In this document: piece after piece, positions 11,222 through 23,457 of the stretch
Layout of the letters: each line of letters opens with the position of its first letter
How positions within the stretch are numbered: position 1 is the first letter of the stretch
Position numbers and translations under genes: made by a program
NCBI GenBank assembly: GCA_010093605.1
Contig: MU004191.1
Coordinates: 728,816 to 792,815 of the forward strand
Direction of reading: 5' to 3'
DNA: 64,000 bases
DNA from: Lophium mytilinum
Lineage: Eukaryota
Notes under the pieces: model-generated
What the model saw: only the letters and a program-made list of their open reading frames with translations
The model's database searches: none
What the model was told of the DNA's origin: nothing

Positions 11222-13463
11222 TCAATAGGTACCACCAATAGTGTCTGGCATCCAACCTCCCATCATCTCGTCAAAAGTCGCATCAGAGTAAAAGTTTGCG
11301 AATTGCAGATCATACATGCCATCCATCAGTACAGAATCTGGGACCGTTAGGCCGACGATAGTGCTGGTGTTGAAAACACCATCCGCCATTGGCTGAGCCA
11401 TCGGAGAGAACTGCGTGTTATATTGAGCGTTGGCATGTTGGAAATTGGAGTCTACACCCTCGGAGCCCCTTTGATCTGGGACTACCGCTGGTTTCGCGAA
11501 ATGCCACTCATACCATTTTTGGATCCTCTGGACACGTTTGATGTAGTGAACAAATACGTCTTGGTCACCGGCGGCATCTACGTGGCCAGTCACTAACGCT
11601 TCTAGCCTAGCAATGCACTCTCTCAAAATGCCCGACATGTCAAGAACTGTGCCTAGGTTTCTCGACTGCTGATTGACCAAGCTGCTTCCTGCAACTAGGG
11701 ACAATTTCGTGGACACAGTGAGAGCAAATCCAATCTGTATGAGCTCCGTGTTGTTAAGCAGCTTCTCGGCACCTAACGGCATCGTGATATAAAACCCTAG
11801 GAGAGATTTCGCAGAGATCAGACCCGCCGAAAGCATTTCTTGCCGCCAGGGAGACCAAGGTATGGATCGAGTCGCGTTCGGACCACAGTGCTTGTCAAGT
11901 AGACTGATTTGGTAGAGATACAACTCAACCGTATGGTAGAGCATTCCAAGCAAGTCTAAATTCGCGATTAGCTTCTCAGAATCTGAATCATCATGCGGGT
12001 TACGTACGATTCTCAGACATCGGGAAAGGGAGTCGCTCTTGGAAATTATCAAGTTCGGCTCGAAGTTTGGTAATGTGCAACTCGACAGCAGCGTCTGGGT
12101 TGATCAAGTTGAAATGTCCAGACGTCTGGTGGCTGATGTTGCCGAGGACCCGTTGAAGCCTGATGATATAGACAAGATACTTGTCGGTGGCGTACTCGGA
12201 TTTTTCTTTGAGTGAGACGCAAGTATCCTCGATGTATGGAGAGTATGGGAATGTGGTCAACTTCTCCAGCATGACGGCGACGCTATGTAGAGTCAGAACT
12301 CACGCACTTTATAGAAAAGGGCAAGCTTACGAGGAAGACAAGTAGTAGCAACCAGCCACAGCTCTCTGTACGTCGCGGCCCCACGAAGATTTGGCCCCGT
12401 CCGCCGCTCTTGGATTTGGGGAGTCTTCGGATACAAGACCGGGTGCCGATTTCCACGATGACAAGGTTTGTGGGTACCTATCTAACCTCAAGTCGACGAT
12501 GATAGAGATGGCAATTCCAAGAAGCTGTGAGTACCTCCGAGGGCGACTATGATATTGGCACCTGGTGTCGATCAGTAATGTAAGGTGGAAAGCGTGATTA
12601 GGGAAGGAAATACCATGCTAAATGAACGAGCAAGCCCTGCAATAGCTCGAAGGAGACTTCTCCGCCGATAATGATGCGAGCGCTAATATACTTGTTCACC
12701 TGGCTCTGTTAGTAGTCTATTGCTGTCCGTAACTTATAGAAGTAGTTTACCTCTTTCCCTAAAAGCCGTTGTAGGGGCATGTCATCGTACGAGCTAGCTG
12801 CTAGAAGTACCAAAAACAGGAACGGCTTTTGTAAGCGGAGCTCCTCGGCGGGCATGTGGGTCGGGATAACGACGAATGGAAAATGAGGCGTCATGAACGT
12901 CTTGAACGTATGCAGAAGAGCGTTTGCATTGTCGATCGTGATCAGTCCTGAGTCAATTACATCTTCGGTGATTTTGGCTGTAAATTGTGGGCTGCTTTCG
13001 TAATCCGTAGGTCTACCTGCTGCTGAGGGGTGCTGATGACGAAGCTCTTGCAACCCCATAGCTACAGAGGAGATGGCTGGAATGGACGCATCTGGAGACT
13101 GGGAATGTTCTCCACTCGACTGGCTCTGTGTGTTCAGAAGCTCGTTGACTTTGGCCTCTAATGCCTCAATTCGGCTGCGAAGACGATGAGCCTGGGTGCA
13201 ATTGGACAACGCAACGCGGACATACTGGTCTTTCCGGTACCCTTGGATACGTCGTTTGGCTTGTCGAAAGGTGCATTCTTTTCCGAGACGGTCGCATCTA
13301 GATTTTGCTGTTAGCGTGCAAAGCGAGTGAGGAGACACGGAGTAGGCGTTACGGACCGATCACATATCGGCAATGCGGGATTTCGATGGCATTTTATTTT
13401 CGCGTGGGCACAATTTTGACAAGTTCTCGACAACGGTAAAGGGGATCGCTCACGCCCTGCCAT
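11222..13463 (-). CDS. Zn(II)2Cys6 fungal transcription factor, multi-exon
   Basis: From ATG 13463: CQNCAHAKIKC-x8-CDR|CDRLGKEC across intron 13298-13356. Followed by RIEALEAKV coiled coil and FPFVVIP..EELRLQKPFLFL middle region. Stop at 11222. Confidence 0.92.
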
Positions 13464-14287
13464 AGTAGTGATGAGAGCCAAAGAAAAGCAGGTGGAACAT
13501 CGAAAAGATGGTGTCTCTGTACAGGGCTTTATGAATGGCAGTTAGGACAGTGCGGGATGAGCTGTAGTGTGCTGGGACGTGCCCTGGCTACTGCAGACAC
13601 CACCAGGTAGAAAACCAGGGGCCCCTTGGATGGGCAGCACTCTATGTGGCATCCTACGAGGTCTGAAACCGCGCTGCCATTTCAAACTGGACGTCACTTA
13701 GCTACGAGAGACCATATCGGCGACTGTATCGCTGACTAAATTTACATTATTCCGAGCATAGTTGTTTTGGCAATGGTCACGTGCCGTCCAGGAGGTTTCG
13801 CGCTTCGGCTGACGTTCCCCGACGCGAAGTGAGGCTGCTCCCACTTTCAACCTTCCCACTCTACAGAGGCAGCACCACAGCACCGAGGCATCACAGTGCT
13901 CGCATCCCTTGTTGGCTTCACCCTTGACTCATCGGTGGCCCGTCGATGCTTCAATGCCCTGTTGCTCTAAGCTAGCGGCCTTTTTCGAGACAGTTGATCG
14001 TGACACGGTTGGCTGAGCTTCACGACGTTACTCCTCCTTCAGACGCCTTCTCTACTCCTACACAGCCTTCCCTCCCGCTTTCGTTTTATAAGCCCATTTT
14101 CTTTTCTTTTTGTTAAGCTGCGCCAGTGGCAATAGACCAAGGGAAGCTGCTTGGGACAGGATCCCCTGTATACACCCCACGAGCTGCACGAATTCGCAGG
14201 CATCGCCGACCCGCATACACGTATGCAACCCTATCTTCGTTCGGCACCTCACCCCAATTAACAGCAATTTGCCGAATTTGCTTGAGA

Positions 14288-15578
14288 ATGGCGTTGGCTC
14301 TTGGCGGCCATATTGTCGAATATCCTCTTGGCCCTTACCCTGTCATCTACCGCAAACCACCAAAGGGTCCGACGGAATCACGCCAGCATGCTTGCTTTCG
14401 CTGCGAGTCTTGTGATCGCAGATTCGTGGACCAGCTCGCCCTGTACCAGCATCTCGCATCCTCCAGCAAGCATAGCCTCTGCGGAAATTGTATGATCGAC
14501 TTTGCCTCTGGCCAAGGACTGCGGGAGCATTGGCGCCAGGACCACTGCATGCACCTCTGCGACGGATGCGATACTGGCTTCGGCACTGCCGACGAGTTCA
14601 TCGCACACGCCAATGCCTGCCACGTGTGTCCTCAGTGCCACAGACATAACTTGAATGCAAACAATCTTGAATTTGTAAGTGACGATCCTCTCTTGTCTCA
14701 ACTCCTGCATGCGTCGCGAATGGGTGATCACTTTAAGCGAAAAGTCGCGTGTCTTTCCCCTCTCTCAATGGGGCTGCTGAGGTAATCTGCCTATCTTGAA
14801 GGGGACAATGTCGGTGCCTTGTTTAAGAAGGTCTCCGAAAACGCCCCCGAAAAGTCACCCACTCGATTAAGCATTCTTCCTATACTGGAAGAATTCGTAT
14901 ACTCAAAGTGGTGAAGAGGGCTTACAAATCCTCTGACCCTTCTCTCCGTATCTACTTTTCTCCGCCTCAGTAGATTTCGGGTCCGCGAGTGCGTATCAGA
15001 CGCCACAAAGCTGCAATCGAGGCGCCACCGACCACAGACCTGCTTTCTAGACGCCACAGAGTCACATACAAACCGTCACTAACAACGCCTCACAGCACCG
15101 CCGGACTCATCTGCCCGCCACCATCCCGTGTCTCTCGTCTGTGTGCGACCGCGTCTTCACGACCTTCTCTGGCATGATGCTGCACCTCGACTCCTCAGCC
15201 TGCCTGTCCGGCCTGTCCCCCGTCCTGCTTAACCACTCAGTCGCCACGTCTGAGGTCTGGCCACACTTCGTGCACGCCACCTGGCGTCCTTACCTGGTCG
15301 ATTACGTCGACATCAACGCCGATATCGACTACGACCTTCCCCCGTTCAAGTGTCCCGGATGCACGCAAGGCTTCGGCTTCGTGAGTGCGATGTTCCAGCA
15401 CTGGGGAAGCAGCTGTTGCGATCACGAAGAGGTGATTGGCGTGATGATGGAGTTTGTGAGTTATCTGCGTGAGAGGCATGGGAGTTGGCTGGATGTGGGA
15501 GCAGAAACGGACCACAAGACGCTGAATTGCAGTGGCGAACCGCCACTGTTCATGATGTTAGCTTACAGCCACGGTTAG
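14288..15578 (+). CDS. C2H2 zinc-finger protein, ~289 aa, 2 exons (14288-14674, 15096-15578)
   Basis: Repeated CxxC..F...L..H...H fingers, and C..CDRVFTTFSGMMLHLDSSAC / FKCPGC..F..SAMFQH..C. A phase-0 intron (GTAAGT..CTAAC..CAG) joins the two ORFs in frame. Confidence 0.85.
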
Positions 15579-16657
15579 GGAGAACTCATGGCCAGCCAAT
15601 GGTCTAGTTACTGCGGGCTATGGGCGTTAAGAAGAGTTGTCCTAGCTTAGGAGGGGAGATGGGTGTTAAGAAAGAGACATCCTAGGTTAGGTTAGGTTGG
15701 GAGATATAGTGTATCGTTTAGCTGCTGTATATCACCTTATTAGCCGACCGTGTAGCTTCAGAAGAAGCTTACCGCATCGCTAGAATGCAAGAGGAAGCAC
15801 ACTCCACGAGGGGCATACAAAACGCCGCATATTCAATAGGCGAATAAACCAAACTCGTCTTCTCCCAAATCCCCCCTTCAATTCGCATCAAGCATCAACC
15901 ACTTTCTTGCCACCACTGAGCATATATACAAACAAGCACATCCCTGTCCGCACCATCGCTATCCCGCACCTCCCGCCCCTCCTGCAGCCCTGAAGGATTC
16001 TCATCGCGGCGCTTACCCCAATGCGGCCCGCGTCGGCATCGCCTCTCCACTCCCGACCATAATCCCGAATAGGGCAAATTAGCGAAAGAAGCCAAGACGC
16101 CTTTACGAAGAACGAATCGCGCTTAGAGTTGGCATGGTGCACGGGCTAGTCATGAGTCGGTTTTCTTGGCGTGGATGAAGGATGAGTCGTTAGACTCAAA
16201 AGGAAAAGGAGAGGACGTAGAGGGTGGGTGGGGTACGAGTTTAAAGTTAGTGTAGTCGGGAATAACGTTAGGCATGTAGATTTATGGGACGTGGGTGTGA
16301 TGAATTCTTTGTTTAGTTACGTCCCAACGCACGGACTAAAAGTGATGGTTGTGGCCGGAATATGGGGAACACGTGAAAATTTTATACGTTTGTCAAACAT
16401 GTGTCTTTATAGATAGCACTAATAGCAGGATATCAAGTTCGTTAAGTGAACTACTAGCTCAGTCAGGTAGGACTTCTTGCTGCTGTGAAGGGACCCTGGT
16501 AGGCTTTTAAAGTGGTAGAGACGGTGGGAAGGTTGATGCAGCGGGTAGCGGGATACTCTTTTGATTGAATGTCAATCTGCCTACTGGGGTACTCTGCACA
16601 GCGCTGGCGAGTGAGCAGGGAGAAGTCTGTGCTTTGCTCGTCACATAATACATCAAC

Positions 16658-19600
16658 CTACACAATGCTATCCGTCTCGTAGTACCTATAGGAAGAGATT
16701 AGCAAAAGGAAAATAACGAAGGAGAACGGGGAAGAAGGTCTTTACCAATCACTAGGGTTGTATGGAAATTTCCTATCTTTCATTAGCCTTCCTTTCCCTT
16801 TCACGCACCTAAAATCAGTTAGTCACGTACCTGATAACCACATCACCCTTGTACTCTCCCAAATTCGGTTCGATCGGCTGGAAGTCTAGAGCGCAAACAG
16901 GTTCCTTCTGCCCGAACTCCTCCACTTCACCTACGACGCCGTCTTTGTAGTCGATGCGGACCATGTTGACGGTTTCGCGACTCGGATCGCCTTTTAGGTA
17001 GTTCAGAGGCGTGATCTGGATTCCACTGTGAGCGGTAGTGAAGACAGTGTTAGGGAGGTCGCCTGTGTGAGGAATATGGTGCATGCCTATGACACGATTA
17101 GAAGACTCTGAAGGCAGTATTGAGAAATTTAATGCTCACCGAGATTAAACCACACCACCAGATCCTCCTGCATAAGTGACTCCCCATCAAAGAACTTGCT
17201 GAAATCAATAGGTGGGTCGAACACATCCTGTGAGTTGAAAGGGTGCGCAGAGCGAGGCTCCGAGTCTTTCTGCTTCGTGACCATCAGATCGTAGCCCGCC
17301 CAATTCGCAGCGTTGACTAGATTACTAGAATTTTGCACCGTCAAGTGGATAGTGCCTTCAGAAGGTAGAATTCGATAACCTCGATACTCGCCGAAGGCAT
17401 TCGGCTTATCGGTGTTGACGACGGAGAATTGAGTTGCTCCGTTCGCAGCCCAGAAGAGTTTACTGTCGTTCTCTGACTCTACGAAGGAACGCTGAAGCTT
17501 CATCGTGTTGCGAGCCTTGCCGTGGGACCAGGGGTAGGTCTCGGTCGTGGCGACGGGAGTTGTCATTTGCATGGTGTTCGCTGTTCCAAGGACGTCCATG
17601 TCTACTTTGTAGTTCAAGACGTGGTCATGCATGCTGAAATATAAGTTAGCAGCTATTGATTACTTTAGAGGCATTTCTAACGAGCAACCCACCTTCCGGA
17701 GAGAGCATCGTGGATGTGGTACCCGTAGTCTCCGTTTTTGGCATAGTACGTTGATTGAATGTATCCGGAGGCTCGCACTTCGACATGGATTGAACCATCC
17801 ATGTAAAACTGGTACGAGAACATGTAATCGTAATTTCCAACGGTGCTCACGGTCCTGACAGTGAAGAAGATATTCTTAGTGGCAGAAACGTAGTTCATAG
17901 TCGAGTGGCGTTGTATAGGGTATCCAGCATCCATTTCAAAGAGACAGATACTATCAAGATGCGTGTGTGTGGTTTCTGCCGTATAAAATGAGCTGTTGAG
18001 ATATGTCGCATATGCTGGGCAGTCGATTCCCTTGACAAGTTCGAATGCGTAGGGACCGAAGCCATAGAAGCTGTCTAGATAGGAGGTACCGGATGCTACT
18101 GGATCATTTCCAGCGTAATGAGCTAGCGCTTCCTGCAAGCCGAGTTCATATATGATGCGTTCGCCTTTGTACCGTATGTTGAAAAGTCGCAAGCCCGTAT
18201 CACGTGTAAATGATAGGTAGAAATCGAAATCCATCCATTTCACGTATTGCTCCTTCACGTCTACCCTGAAGCGAGGTCCAGCTGGAGCAATCAAAGAAGG
18301 TGGATAGAGCTTGTCGGCCGGTGGAATAGTACCCTGCTGATCCGAATCGGCCCATGTATCTTCTACATTGGCTGGCAATTTTTGGAATCCCGGAGACCAA
18401 TATGCGCGTCTGAACTCCTCTGTAGTGGGATAGAAAATATCATTGTAGAGGAATCCTTCGAGCGACCACTTAGACGGGTCTCGGCCTGTGACATTTGACA
18501 TGAAGTAGAGGCCTAGAGGTAGAAGAGTCTCGGCATCAAAGTTCGTTTTCGGATAGCTCCAGAACGTGTCCCATCGAATGATCCCGTCATCCTGCCATCT
18601 ATCCCATAGTGAGCAAAGGGTAAGTTTTGGACGTCAAGCAGCTACACGTACAACGGGTCAATTCCCCACACGTCTATCGTGTCGTTATCTAAGCCCAGAC
18701 AAGTGCCGTTCCACAAGTCCAAGGTAATATCTTTGATGGAGGCGCTGACAACGTAGAGCCACTCGGAGTACAGAGTGTCGTCATCCGCATCGAGATTACG
18801 GACTCGGCCGTTATTTTGCTTGGTGTAAGGGTATGTCAACGGTTCCCATGAAGCAGATCCATTCGTTCCGTTTTGTAGGGGCAGCGGCCCAACCAGAATG
18901 TCCGCGTAATAAGGGTTCTCATCAGCGCGGTGATCTATCATCACATGCGCATACCGTGTTGGTGGTCGCTCAACAACGCCCTCGAGAAACGCCAGAACGT
19001 CGGTTTTGTTTGGTATCATGAGCTCAACTAGCATTATCGTGTTGTCCCTTGAAAGGTTATAAAAGACCATTAGGATGATTGATGCAGAATTAGCATACCA
19101 TTCCGTTGCATTCTCGGTCTGAGTCAGATTCAGTGATGTCTGGGCGAACAGCCTGGTCGAAGTCAGTATGTAATGTTGATTTACTACAATATAGCACTAG
19201 TAAAGTGCCTCATCATAGATGTCCATTAAATAGGGTCCCGCTGATTGAGGTGCCTCATAGAATTTTCAGCATTTCGAATGAGAGCAAGATTCGGATAACC
19301 GGGAGGCTATCCCGGGCAGCGTCAGCAGGGTGTACACAGATCGATGTATTAGGTACCGCTGGTTTCTATTATTACCTTGGAGCCCTATAAAGAGTGGCAA
19401 GAAGTGTAATATATCTCCTAGCAATGTGCGAACGTGACTTTCAGTTCACCGATCATCCGTGGGACCTCCTTAGGATACTTGCGTTCTGCCCTGGAGTCGA
19501 ATGCAATCAAGGAATCTCTTAAACGCTAAATAGTAAATAAAAGACATACCATGCTGTTACGGACGCAGCTTCGCCGTTGGTGAGTCCAGCCCAGACGTTT

Positions 19601-19812
19601 GGTTTGGGGGCGGCTAACGTCCCGATTTGGGTGTCAACGCAATCCGTACCACTAGGAGCTTCGCGTTTGGAATAGCCAGGAAACCCCTTCCTTTTCGCAG
19701 AGTTCCTGAGCCAAGCTGATTTGGGCTCCGGCCGTGGCCTCGACGTGACAAAGGTAACATGAAGGGTTAATAGTAGAAGCGAAAGCGCTTGAATAGCTTT
19801 GGAGAGACCCAT
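16658..19812 (-). CDS. Secreted copper (TPQ) amine oxidase, multi-exon
   Basis: Signal-peptide-like N-terminus, TPQ motif TVGNYDY, Cu ligands MHDHV and MHHIPH, IIYELGLQEALAHY. Exons join in frame (e.g. 19812-19550, 19152-19099). Ends YYETDSIV*. Confidence 0.93.
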
Positions 19813-20821
19813 CACGGGAGGTAGTACTGAGATTCAAGGTCCTGCTAAGCCTCAGGAACCGGGAGTTTGGCAAGCCTGTCGGAGGCTGACCTTTTGAACT
19901 GCATGAGAGTAGGATTTCCCCACCCTCTGTCACCGGGAGCCCGGTTCGGATGGTAATTCCTGGTTGGTATCTTGCCGGCATTTGTGCTGTGGCAGGCACC
20001 TTTGCAGGGGAGAACGCATTCTGTGCTGGGAAGCCCGGCAGTATGCGTCAGGTTCTTGTAAGCAATGAAGCACGAGTTGCACGTTCCTCTCATGACTGTA
20101 CCCAATAGGCGGGAGGAAGAATTGATGACAATAAGAAGCCAGAAGAAAGCAACGATGCCAATGGATCAGCTCTCAAGTGGCTATAGATGGAGACTCCGCT
20201 GAAACGCCATTCAAGTGCCGCGGACGCACGAGATGGGGCATGTTAGTCGGCAGCAAGGATTTCAGAGTCACTATCTTGCATCAAGTAATCCAGAAGCAGT
20301 TCGTGTCGTCCGCAGATAAGAAGTGCAGCCTTGTCACTCGGATACTCATACTTCATCGGTCCAAGCGGAGGGTCAAGGTTTGCCCGATGCCATGGCTGAG
20401 CGTGCTCGAAGGATTAGGCGCGTTGATCTTAGAGATGAGCTTAGAGATAGTAAGGGAAGAGGCGTCGAGTTTGAGAGTGGAGGCTTCGAGGTTGGGGGTC
20501 ATCGTAAACGTGAGCATTTAGCATTTCTCAGCACGCTAACTTCGAACAGAACATCAGCCCCTCTTGACCACGGCAATCCCTGGATGGAGGATGGATCCCC
20601 GCAATGCAACCTCAAAGGAACAGATGGGCAGGGAACCCGATAAGAGACCCCTCATCACAGCGCCGGCAGGTAAGTCCCGACAGCATTCATCCGATCTTGT
20701 TCTACTGCTATTTGAGCAGCGATGCCCGCTACGGCGCTACGCGTTCCAGCATCATCTTGATTGCTTAGCGTAGTACCGCAAAGGAAAGGTCTTTCTTTAG
20801 GAGCATCATATTGAAGCTAAC

Positions 20822-22605
20822 ATGGATTTCAAAGCCCACGATGGCGCGGTGGAAGAGCCGGAGTCGCAGTTGCAATCGCCTAAAGCTTTCGTTGACGTAA
20901 TCGAGGGTGAAGTCCGTGAAGCTATCGCGGCAGAACACGAGCTGGACTTCCTCGGTGCACTGAAGTTATACCCTAAAGCTATTGGATGGTCTGCCTTCTT
21001 CTCGTTGGGGGTAATAATGCTTGCATTTGATCCGCAACTACTTGGGTAGGAAAACCTTCGAGCTTAATCTACGCGTCCTTACGTCTGATATTAGAAATCT
21101 TTACGCTATGCCCGCCTTCCAGAAGGATTTCGGGTACCAATACAATGGCGAGGTAGGCGCTTCCTATCTTCAGTCGAGGATTGGGGATGCAGAGAAAGAC
21201 TGACATGGGCGATCAGTATATAATATCCGCACCATGGCAAACTGGCCTCAGTATGGGGAACCCGATCGGGCAGGTGGTCGGTGCTATTTTTGCTGGACTC
21301 CCAATGGAGCTGTATGGACGCAAGAAAACGTTCAGCGTGTGTGTTTGCGGGACTGCGGGTATCGTGTTCATTCAATTCTTTGCCCGATCTCTCCCGGTTT
21401 TGCTTGTTGGTGAGCTACTTGGAGGCCTGATACTTGGGATGTACGGTAGGTCGAACGGTTTTTGCAATATCCCACTCGTATAACTAATTATTGATAGTTG
21501 TGATTGCGCCCGCATATGCGTCAGAAGTCTGTCCGATAGCAATTCGTGGAACACTCACTTCCTACATCAACCTCTGCTTTGTTATGGGCCAGCTTTTGGC
21601 GAACGGAGTATGTGCTGGTACCTCAAAGCTGTCCAATCATTGGGTGCGTAAATCTTTAAACCCTCTCCAGCTCATCTTAATTTGATATAGGCCTATTCGA
21701 TCCCATTCGCTCTCCAATGGTTCTGGATTCTGATCATTATCCCCGGGATGGCTTTCGCACCGGAAAGTCCTTGGTGGCTGGCCAGGAAGAACAGATTAGC
21801 TGAAGCCGAGCATGCGCTCTCTCGTCTAGCTTCTCCAAAGGTAAACATCAAAGCAACACTCGCTATGATTGTCGAAACGGATCGATTCGAGCAAGAGATG
21901 GAAGCTGGTAGCACCTACTGGGACTGTTTTAGGAAGGTCAATCTTCGTCGTACGGAGATTTCTATCGGCGTATACACTATCCAAGTCTTGAGTGGCATCT
22001 ACCTTATCAACTACGGTACACTATTCTTTGTTCGCGCCGGACTCGCAACCGACAAGGCCTTCGACATGGGCATCGGATTCCTTGCTGTAGGTTTCGTCGG
22101 CACGCTGTGCTCCTGGTTTCTCCTCCAGCACTTTGGTCATCGCACGATTTATAATGTCGGCCTCACAATCCTCGCTGTATTACAGCTTCTGATCGGATTT
22201 CTTGATTTGGCTCCCCATATCGACAGACGCTCATCTATCATCTGGGCTCAGTCATCCCTGATGTTAATATGGAATTTTTTCTACGATATATCCATCGGAC
22301 CCGTCTGCTTCGTTATCTTGTGCGAGGTTAGCGCCACGAAGGTCCGCGCCAAGACTATCGCCATCTCCACTGCCGTCCAGGCCGTTCTCGGTATTGTAAT
22401 GACAGTCGCGATTCCTTATTTGATGAATCCAGACCAGGCGAATGTGAAAGGGAAGCTTGGCTTCTTTTTCGGCGGGCTCGCTTGCATATCACTCGTATGG
22501 GCGTTCTTCCGCATTCCTGAGACCAAGGGTAGGACGTACGAAGAACTTGACATTATGTTCGAAAGGGGCGTGCCTACTAGGGACTTTGGAACCTACAAGA
22601 TATGA
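20822..22605 (+). CDS. MFS sugar porter, maltose/alpha-glucoside permease-like, 5 exons
   Basis: YGRKKT, AYASEVCP, PESPWWL, LRRTEI and PETKGRTYEELD motifs. Spliced frame has no stops. Confidence 0.93.
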
Positions 22606-23457
22606 GAGTATTGAGGCTGGCGAAACCAGTGTCACAAAGACCACCATATAGCCCACTGTCTAATCATAGAGCATCCATCAACATATTGCGAAGAGTCAGA
22701 CGCCACGTCATTGGGTTCTAACCAAATATCTCACTCCAGCCGGCACCCAGGCTTTTTGGAATAAAAGGTGGCAGCCCACGAGAGTCTCTGCTTTAGATTC
22801 GAGGCCTTCTATCCTTGAGGTACACACTTTTTTTTGCTTCTGTACGCTTTCCTACGACCGCTCGAGCCCTATAGAAGGCTAGTCAAAACTGTCAAAGGAC
22901 GATTTTGGCAAGCCTGGGTGTTCTCCGCACAAACCTAAAGTGTGTCATAATACGATGCTAGAGGTTCAACGGAACCTGGCACCCCGGCCGTGCTCAGTAT
23001 ACTCCGGAAGATACACACCCTCAAAGTCTCACGTGGAGATATCCTAGCTTAAGCTGCATCGTCTTCACAAGCTTAATAAGTTCTAGAATCTCTATATGCA
23101 CACTAGGCTCCGGCAATAACCTCGAAACATGAATTTATTCGGGCCTTTACTTCCCCTGCGTTCTCCCCGTGTGCATTGAAGTCGACTCCCCACCTGGGGA
23201 ATAACCGGAGACCCCGCAAAAGTAGAAGCTAGAGCCGCTTTTCGAGTCACGTAAATTGTTATCTGGGGCGATACCTGATCTAAAGTATTGGTTAAGGGAT
23301 CCCGAACTTTCATATTGGCACACATAAAAGCTTAGCTACAACTTCTTTTATGCCGATCTTTCAGATTTCCATCAATCCTTTTTCCTTTTCTATATAGCTT
23401 AACAATGACCGAAAGGCTTAGAATCGCTCACTCTCTTACCTATAATTTAAGATCAAT

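Noticed and set aside
14770..14830. Possible TPP riboswitch in the long intron (GCTGAG)
   Set aside because: Lacks the CTGAGA..ATACC and GATAATACC..GCGAAAGG core; gene unrelated to thiamine
15620..15705. ~40-bp imperfect duplication with (TTAGG)3, and CCCTAA at ~30114
   Set aside because: Too short and not a TTAGGG array, so not interstitial telomere evidence
16137..16154. GTGCACGGGCTAGTCATG resembling the Fot1 TIR
   Set aside because: Needs two gaps in 20 nt, has no partner and no TA TSD; compatible with chance
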